Shown: piece after piece, positions 56,867-64,000 of the stretch
How the letters are laid out: each line of letters opens with the position of its first letter
Position numbering within the stretch: the stretch's first letter is position 1
Sequence record: MK250021.1
DNA: 64,000 nt
Direction: 5' to 3' (one strand)
Notes under the pieces: generated by a model
What the model was told of the DNA's origin: nothing
The model's input: only the letters and a program-made list of their open reading frames with translations
Database searches by the model: none
Translations under genes and position numbers: made by a program

Positions 56867-59800
56867 TTAATTTAATGGATACAAATATTTGTTTATGCTA
56901 TTTAATTGTATATTTGATAAATCATTACTATTACTATAAAAACCAATATCTTTTGGTGTTAATTTATACTATCCTTCTTTTACAATAGATGGACGTCTTA
57001 ACATTAAAACAACATTATATTGCTCTTCATCATTAAACATCATACGAGGATATATATTATAACATAAATTATATGGCATTTTATCAACATTATTTTTGCC
57101 ATTAATAACTGATGCAAAATCAAAATCCAATTGTTTAATATATTGTTTATTCTATACAGGATATTTTGTATTATTAGTATTATCTTTTTCGTTACCATTA
57201 TTTGTGGTATAATAAGGATAGCACCAAGATAATTGATATAATAATGATCTAAATAATAATGATGGTGTATAAGAATCTGTTTTATCAGGTTTATTTACAT
57301 TATATGTTTTGACTTTGTTTTTACCTAAATCAAAAAACTATAATTCATTCTATGTTTTTACATCGTTTAATGATAATATATCATTTAATGAATACTAACC
57401 ATTATCTGATGTTTTCGGTAAATATTGATAACCATTACCATATGTTTCAAAATGTCCGTTAAATGGATTATCTGTATCATAATGATAATCTTTTTCATAT
57501 ATATTATTCCATTTCATCATGGATTTCAGTAATTGTTCCGAACGTAATTGTATATCATTATATTGATGTACATATACAGCAGAATTATTACTTAATTGAC
57601 TATACTGTGACGCCAATAACCTTTTATTATTAAATATAATACTATATTGATCGTTTATTAAACGTGGTAATAATATATTGGAATTATATATAAATCTTAA
57701 ATAATTTTCTGAAATATCATCTTTATCTTCACATAACCATTTTTTACTATACAATTTATCAGGGATTAAATTATATATATTATTTATGTTCTATGTAAAT
57801 ATTGACATCTTCTATATATTATCCTATAAATATCTACACTTAAATGCAATAGAATTCCAATTTGGTATTCTACCTATATTTTCTTTTGTTCTATTAATTG
57901 TTTTCTCCTAAGATATTTCATCATATTTATAAGGTAGAATAGCGATATTAGTAATATCAGAATTTCCAAACCATTTTCTTAATCGTAAATCTTGTTGTAA
58001 TATTCTATTAGATAATGTACTTTGCTATGCGTATGATGCAATATATGAAATAGGTGCAATAGAACATTTTAATATATTAGATGTATATAAATAAGACTTA
58101 TTTACATTTGTATTTTCTAATGGTAATATATGTTCATCAGAAACTATTTCAATTTTATCAATATATTCCTATAACGTAAATGAATACGGTTCAGGATTTT
58201 CAGATTCCATGTAAAATCTCAAATGCCATATTCCAGAATTAGCTTCATCTATAGTAAACTCATAATAATCATTTATGATTTCTTTAATATTATTTTTATC
58301 TAATAAGTCTTTAGCAGATATATTGAAAATGTCTATACCTGGTTTTATTAAAGTAAATGATATTTTATCTTTAGTCCATTTATATCCTGTTTCATTAGCT
58401 TCACTTATAGTAGATGAACCGTCTTTACTATCAATAAAATTATGATTCAAATATAAACGTATTTTTAGATTAGTGTAATATTTCTTATAAAATCCCCAAT
58501 TATCATCATTAAAATTATCAATCTATATTGAAGTAAATGTTTGAAATTGATTACATAATATACCATTATCATAATTATTAAGTCTCTCTAATGACTCCAA
58601 ATCATTATATATATGTAACTTTATATCAGGAATAGTTCGTTTTTCTTGATAACCTGAGATAATTCTATTATATGTTACAATATTACTATATACTACATTT
58701 TTTTGAGATTCACTTAAATCTGCTGTTTCATCATCAATAGTATTATATTTAAATGTGTATAATACTTGATTAATAGGAATTTCGATAACACTTGAATTAT
58801 ATAAATCTGTTAAAAATTTATTATCAGATATTTTATTAATAACATCTGTAGTTATATCCTATTTTGATGTAATAATACCAGTTATTTTATAAATGCTTGT
58901 ATCATTATTTAACGTTATCTTGGTATCATTTATTAATGTATCATTTTCATATACACTGAAATTACATACATATGTTAATTTATCTTTTAATTCAACATAC
59001 ATATTATTATCTTCAATATTTATGTTAAATATATCTGTATAATCATATGTTCTTGTTTTATTAACAGCATTAATATTAACAAATGAAGAATTAATATCAA
59101 ACTCAGATGTATAGTAATTAAAATCGGCTCTTGTAACATTACTAAAATATTTCATACCGGATTTATCACCTACAAATTGATATATTAAATGATGTCTATA
59201 CCTCTATGAATTTAAATCTGATTTATCTAGCGATATTGTCATTACGGATGAATCATTATAATTATATTGCTTATATTCATATCCTGAATAAAAACTTGTA
59301 TCAAATAAATTAGAAAATTTATTTTCCTCTTTTGTTTTATCAACGGGACTATTATTATAATTATATACTATTATATCATTATTTGCCGTATGATATTTTT
59401 TATAATAAAACTTTGTTTCTGGTAACTATACCTTATCATATGTTAAATATTGTTCAACATCTTCTGTTATTATAATACCTTTTATATTTGTATTAATACA
59501 ATACTAGTTTAATAAATCTTTATTAACACTTGTATTTAATAATTTATTTGACACATCATTAAGAGTTTGATAATCATATGTATTAATTAATAATTGTTTT
59601 ATATTTGTATCTTTAATTTCTTTATAATATAAATTATCATAATTTCTTATATAGTTACCTGTAAGGTCTAATGATGGTATTTTAAGTGTTGAAGGATTTT
59701 CATCTACAAAAGTACCTCTTATATAATTAGGACCATATTGGTAATGTACACTTGAATCTAAATTATTCATATCATTATAATTCCAATACATATGTGTATA

Positions 59801-60772
59801 TCCATATACATAATTTTCTTTAGATACATCTATATTATTAAAGAAATCATCTACATTCATTATGAATGATAGAGTGCTTGAATCATAATTATCTTCTGTT
59901 AACGTATAGCAATTTCCATGTTCATTTAATTTTAAATCTTTATTATATAAAACATTTGAAGCCTCTATGTTACCAATGTTATCTGTTTTTATATATAAAT
60001 TATCAATATATAATTTCTAATTTGTTTTAAATCCTATATAATTTGTTCCATTTGATATAACATCTAATGAATTTCCTGATGTTTTTAAACTTAATAATTC
60101 TTTATTGCCAGCTATATTATGTGTATATTTATGAATATCCTTGCCATTATTTAAATATGTATATGTGGTATCATTTTTTATATTACATTTAATAGGTATT
60201 TCAGAATTTTCATCTATTACAACTATATCTTCATTATAGTTATTAATATCCATTACAGATGGCTTATTCTTATTAATATCTGTTATTCTTGTTATAGTCA
60301 CAGGATAATCATTATATAATTCATTAGCAATAAACATTCCATTCTTTAATTCTCGTGTTGAACCAGAACCAACAATATTTAATTTATGATGTTTGTTTTC
60401 ATCAACCATAAATGGATGAGTATATGAAATATGCTCTAATAACTATGTGGATGTACATGTTGTTAATTCATCTGTTACTTCTATTATATAATCTATAGAT
60501 GAATCAACAGAATCTTTATGTCGAATATACAATAAATCTCCAACATTATATTTTGGATTTAATCTTAATTCATCTTTAGCATATGTTATATCATACTCTT
60601 TATCATCATAATCAATAGAACTATTTTTTAATGTACTTGTATCAAGATATGTGAAGAATGATTCTAATGTTCCAAAATATATAGAATTTCCAGACTTACC
60701 TTGCTTACCTTGCTATCCTGTAACACCTATACCAGGTAATCCATGTTTATATATATAATTTTCCATTTTCAT
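56867..60772 (-). CDS. Large structural protein, ~1301 aa, with short collagen-like N-terminus (code 15)
   Basis: Five same-frame track fragments; PGIGVTG*QGKQGKSGNSIYFG. Confidence 0.72.
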
Positions 60773-61926
60773 CAATTATTCTTTTTTAATCCTGATATTG
60801 TTCGGTCTTTAATATTTACATATGATTCCAATCCATTAATCAAAGACACGGTAACATTAGGTAAATCATTATATTTAACTTTATTGATTAAGTCATTTAA
60901 TTTTACATAATCATAATTCTATACAATATTATAATCATATATTTTATCATAACATAATCGGAAATCCTAAAATTCTTTATTCTAAAAATGCAATATAGTA
61001 TTATTTGTTTTATCTTCCAGAATTTTATTAAAACTATTTAGTGAATTCTAATTTTTATAATTCTATGGTACAGATATTTTATATACAACACCATAATATA
61101 TTACAGATGAATCATTATGTGTATAATTATATATTGATGCGTCTATATTACATGCAACGTTTTTACACGTACTTATAAAATCTGTAATATTTTTATTATT
61201 AGTTTGTTCTACTGTATATACAGGCGAATAATCATTAGTCTTTACTGTATTTGTATTATTATATTTTGTATAAACATTTGCATCAAGATATATTGGATAA
61301 TTTGAACTTAACATAAATCCGTTATATTTTTTACTAAACTTTATATCAAGATTCATATCATGTTCGCCACTATACATTGATTTCATACTAATATAATTAA
61401 CATCCTTATTACCTATATCATCTTTCTGTATTATTGATAATAAACCATTTCCTGTTGTATTATCATTTTGGTCACATATAGTAAGTTTATTTGATCTTAA
61501 TGAACCATTCGCATCACCAAATAATACTTCTTTAATTACCTTACCTTTCTCATCTGTAATATTTTTATTTTCAAACGTACCTATTTGTGTAATTATTTTT
61601 TCTATATCCTAATTGGTTACACTTGTACCGTTTTTTATTACTCTTATTAATTCATTTATATCTTGTAACATAAATACTTTTCCTTCAGGATCAAAGAACT
61701 AATCATTATTAACAAATTTTCTGTTTAATAAAATATCTTTTGTCTTTAATGGTAATAATCTTGAAGTAATTTTCTATGCAAATCCAGTGAACTCACCAGG
61801 AAGTGTGTATTCACTGAAGAATAAACTACTTCCTGGTGTTCCCTGTTCACCGTCTTTACCTTGTATACCATAAGTGGCAATACCTGGTGCATATGTATCA
61901 TTATGAAATCTCTAAGAAATCTGCAT
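60772..61926 (-). CDS. Structural protein, 384 aa, with short collagen-like N-terminus (code 15)
   Basis: PGIATYGIQGKDGEQGTPGSSLFF; TGATG overlap with the next gene. Confidence 0.72.
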
Positions 61927-61931
61927 ACTTT

Positions 61932-64000
61932 TTATCGCTTATAAATTTTAACTGTTGGATATATATTCTTACCAGTTGTTTCATTAATCACAATAGTTAG
62001 AGTATTTAAATTTTCTTTTGTTTCTATATTTGTAGAATAATTTTCATACTTATAATATGTGTTTAAATTAGCTGGTTTTTCAGTTACTATATTTATATTT
62101 GAATTTGGTTCTGTGTCTTTTGCATAAAGTTCAACTTCAATATTTGACTATGCATTATAATATACTGATAATGTATGATTTATATAATTTTTCTAACCTG
62201 TATATTGAGAATCTTTAAAATAATTCCAATTTTCATTAAATGATTCATTATTTATAAAATGATTAAATATTGCGGATGTTAAATTTATAGTTATAACTGT
62301 ATTACCTTGATTAATATCAGAAATATTATATGAAGAATCTGAATAATTAACAGATAATATGTCATTCGCAGTAGGATAAACAAATTTATTAATTAATATA
62401 TAATCATTATGAATAACCATACAGTGTGAACCTAAGAATGATTTATCATCAATTCCTGTTTTATGTCCATCAATACTTATATAATCATTTTCATTAAGAT
62501 ATTTACGATAATAATTATTATCCCATGTCGCGCTTAATAATGAACGATTATCTACTAAATAATAATTTTTATTTAATCTCTATAAATTAGTGTCTTCAAA
62601 TACTTTATTACCTGGATAATTCTGTATTCTATTAATATTTTTTATTTTTGTATTAGATTGCAATAAATCAACATTAAGAATATCTCGTAATTCATCATCT
62701 ATATAAAAATCAACCATATTATTCGTATTAGGTGTAAACCATCCGTAATTAAATTTAATCTAATTAGGTATTGATAATGTAAATATTAATGGATTATATT
62801 CTTCTGTATTATGTATTAATTTAACCTCTGCTTTTTCTGGGATAATATATATATCAATATCATTAGTAAATGTATCAACATATCGTTTTAACTTATCCTT
62901 CGGTGTTTCTAATGATATTAATTTTGATATATACTTCTTAAAATGTGTTAAATTAGTTCCTGTTATCAATTTCGTGTTAGTTAATAAGTTTGTTTTATCA
63001 TTTTTATATGATATAATAAACTAATCACTATTAAGAATATTTGATAATTTTATATTGTTAACATTATTTACATTATTTTGTTTCTTTATAGTTAATCCTA
63101 ATTTATTTTCATTTAATGTTATTAATTTCGGATTTAATACATTTGTTATATTTAAATGCTAACTTATATTTTTTCCTATAGTTGTAGTACGTCTTATAAC
63201 ATTTTCAAGGATCTATTTAGCTGTATGATTATATTCACCATCTGCCTTTGTAATAATATACGCATGACTATTACTTGATATTGAATTTACATGAGTTAAT
63301 GTACCTGGATAATCAATATACTCATAATTTGTTAATACACCAATATCATTATAATTATTAACAGAAACATATTCATTACAATCAACTGAATTTTCCATAT
63401 TAAATGAAACAAACTATGGTGAATTAGTTGATAATGTTGTATTTACTATCGGTACATCATACTATGTAAATAATGAAGACCATAAATTATGTTCATCTAT
63501 TAATGACATTAATTGTTTATGAAAATTATTCTTCTTATGAGCATGAATACCATTATTCATACAGTTAAGTGTCCTGAAATCAATATCATATGGTGCGTTA
63601 AGAACTGCATAATCAGCATAACTCTAATATTCATTTGTTGTAACATTCTTTATGTTAGATGTGCCTTCATGTGCATAATCAATATAGAACTAATGATTAA
63701 TCAATAAGATGAACCTTTCTTTTAACGATATATAAATCTCATTAGTTTTTGATAAATCATAATCGGTTAAAACAAATGCTTCAAACCCTGAATAATCTTC
63801 AAGATGAATATAACTATTAACAACCTTTGTATTTAACTTAATATTAAATTTAATACCGGAAAATATAAACTCAAGACTTTTAATATTAGAATTATAATAT
63901 ACAGATGCTGTATCAATATTAGTATTATCTATCAATAATTTTTTAATGGAATGCTGTACAGAACCATTTAATATACTTTCCTTATATGTAATTGATTCAT
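61932..64000 (-). CDS. Large structural protein, 5' end outside the window (code 15)
   Basis: Four same-frame track fragments; TAA at 61932-61934; open to the window edge. Confidence 0.72.

Noticed and set aside
2822-63707. Antisense or alternate-frame track ORFs (e.g. 2822-3007, 7864-8064, 26828-27463, 30906-31154, 31173-31553, 32519-32935, 44819-45010, 51190-51372, 55029-55388)
   Set aside because: They overlap better-supported genes, have shadow-like composition or span Ns, and show no motifs
298-64000. Many short track ORFs read as separate genes or pseudogenes (e.g. 5936-6133, 15804-16106, 43339-43713)
   Set aside because: They are TAG-delimited fragments of single long code-15 genes in the same frame

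Overview
This is a very AT-rich fragment of a large T4-like (myovirus) phage genome that uses genetic code 15 (TAG=Gln). Most broken ORFs in the supplied track join into long single-frame genes once TAG is read as Gln, and TAG falls at conserved Gln positions in TnpB. Code 15, Bacteroidetes-type TAnnTTTG promoters, a Bacteroidetes Hc1-like gene and T4-like baseplate genes suggest a Lak-like gut megaphage of Prevotella/Bacteroidota (inference). TAG-free accessory or early genes include Dam, a CCA-adding enzyme, GNAT, a metallophosphoesterase, an Rnl2-like ligase, an ECF-type sigma factor, a clamp loader, Hc1, a PTH2-like protein and SLOG. TAG-rich structural genes include gp25-, gp6- and gp7-like baseplate genes, an S74 tail fibre and a gp2-like protein. 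TAG-rich nucleases include two unrelated TnpBs, a PD-(D/E)XK nuclease and RuvC. The top leads are: (1) a free-standing, motif-complete mini-intein with only 8-aa and 5-aa exteins; (2) a tRNA with a UUA (ochre) anticodon; (3) two code-15-adapted solo TnpBs sharing an identical 21-nt upstream element at near-identical spacing, with a 31/33-nt copy inside a neighbouring gene and a pseudoknot-like leader; (4) a degenerate SET-domain protein. Long recoded ORFs were joined by hand from same-frame fragments and spot-checked, not translated codon by codon. All family assignments are by motif recognition, with no database search. Two N gaps are present.
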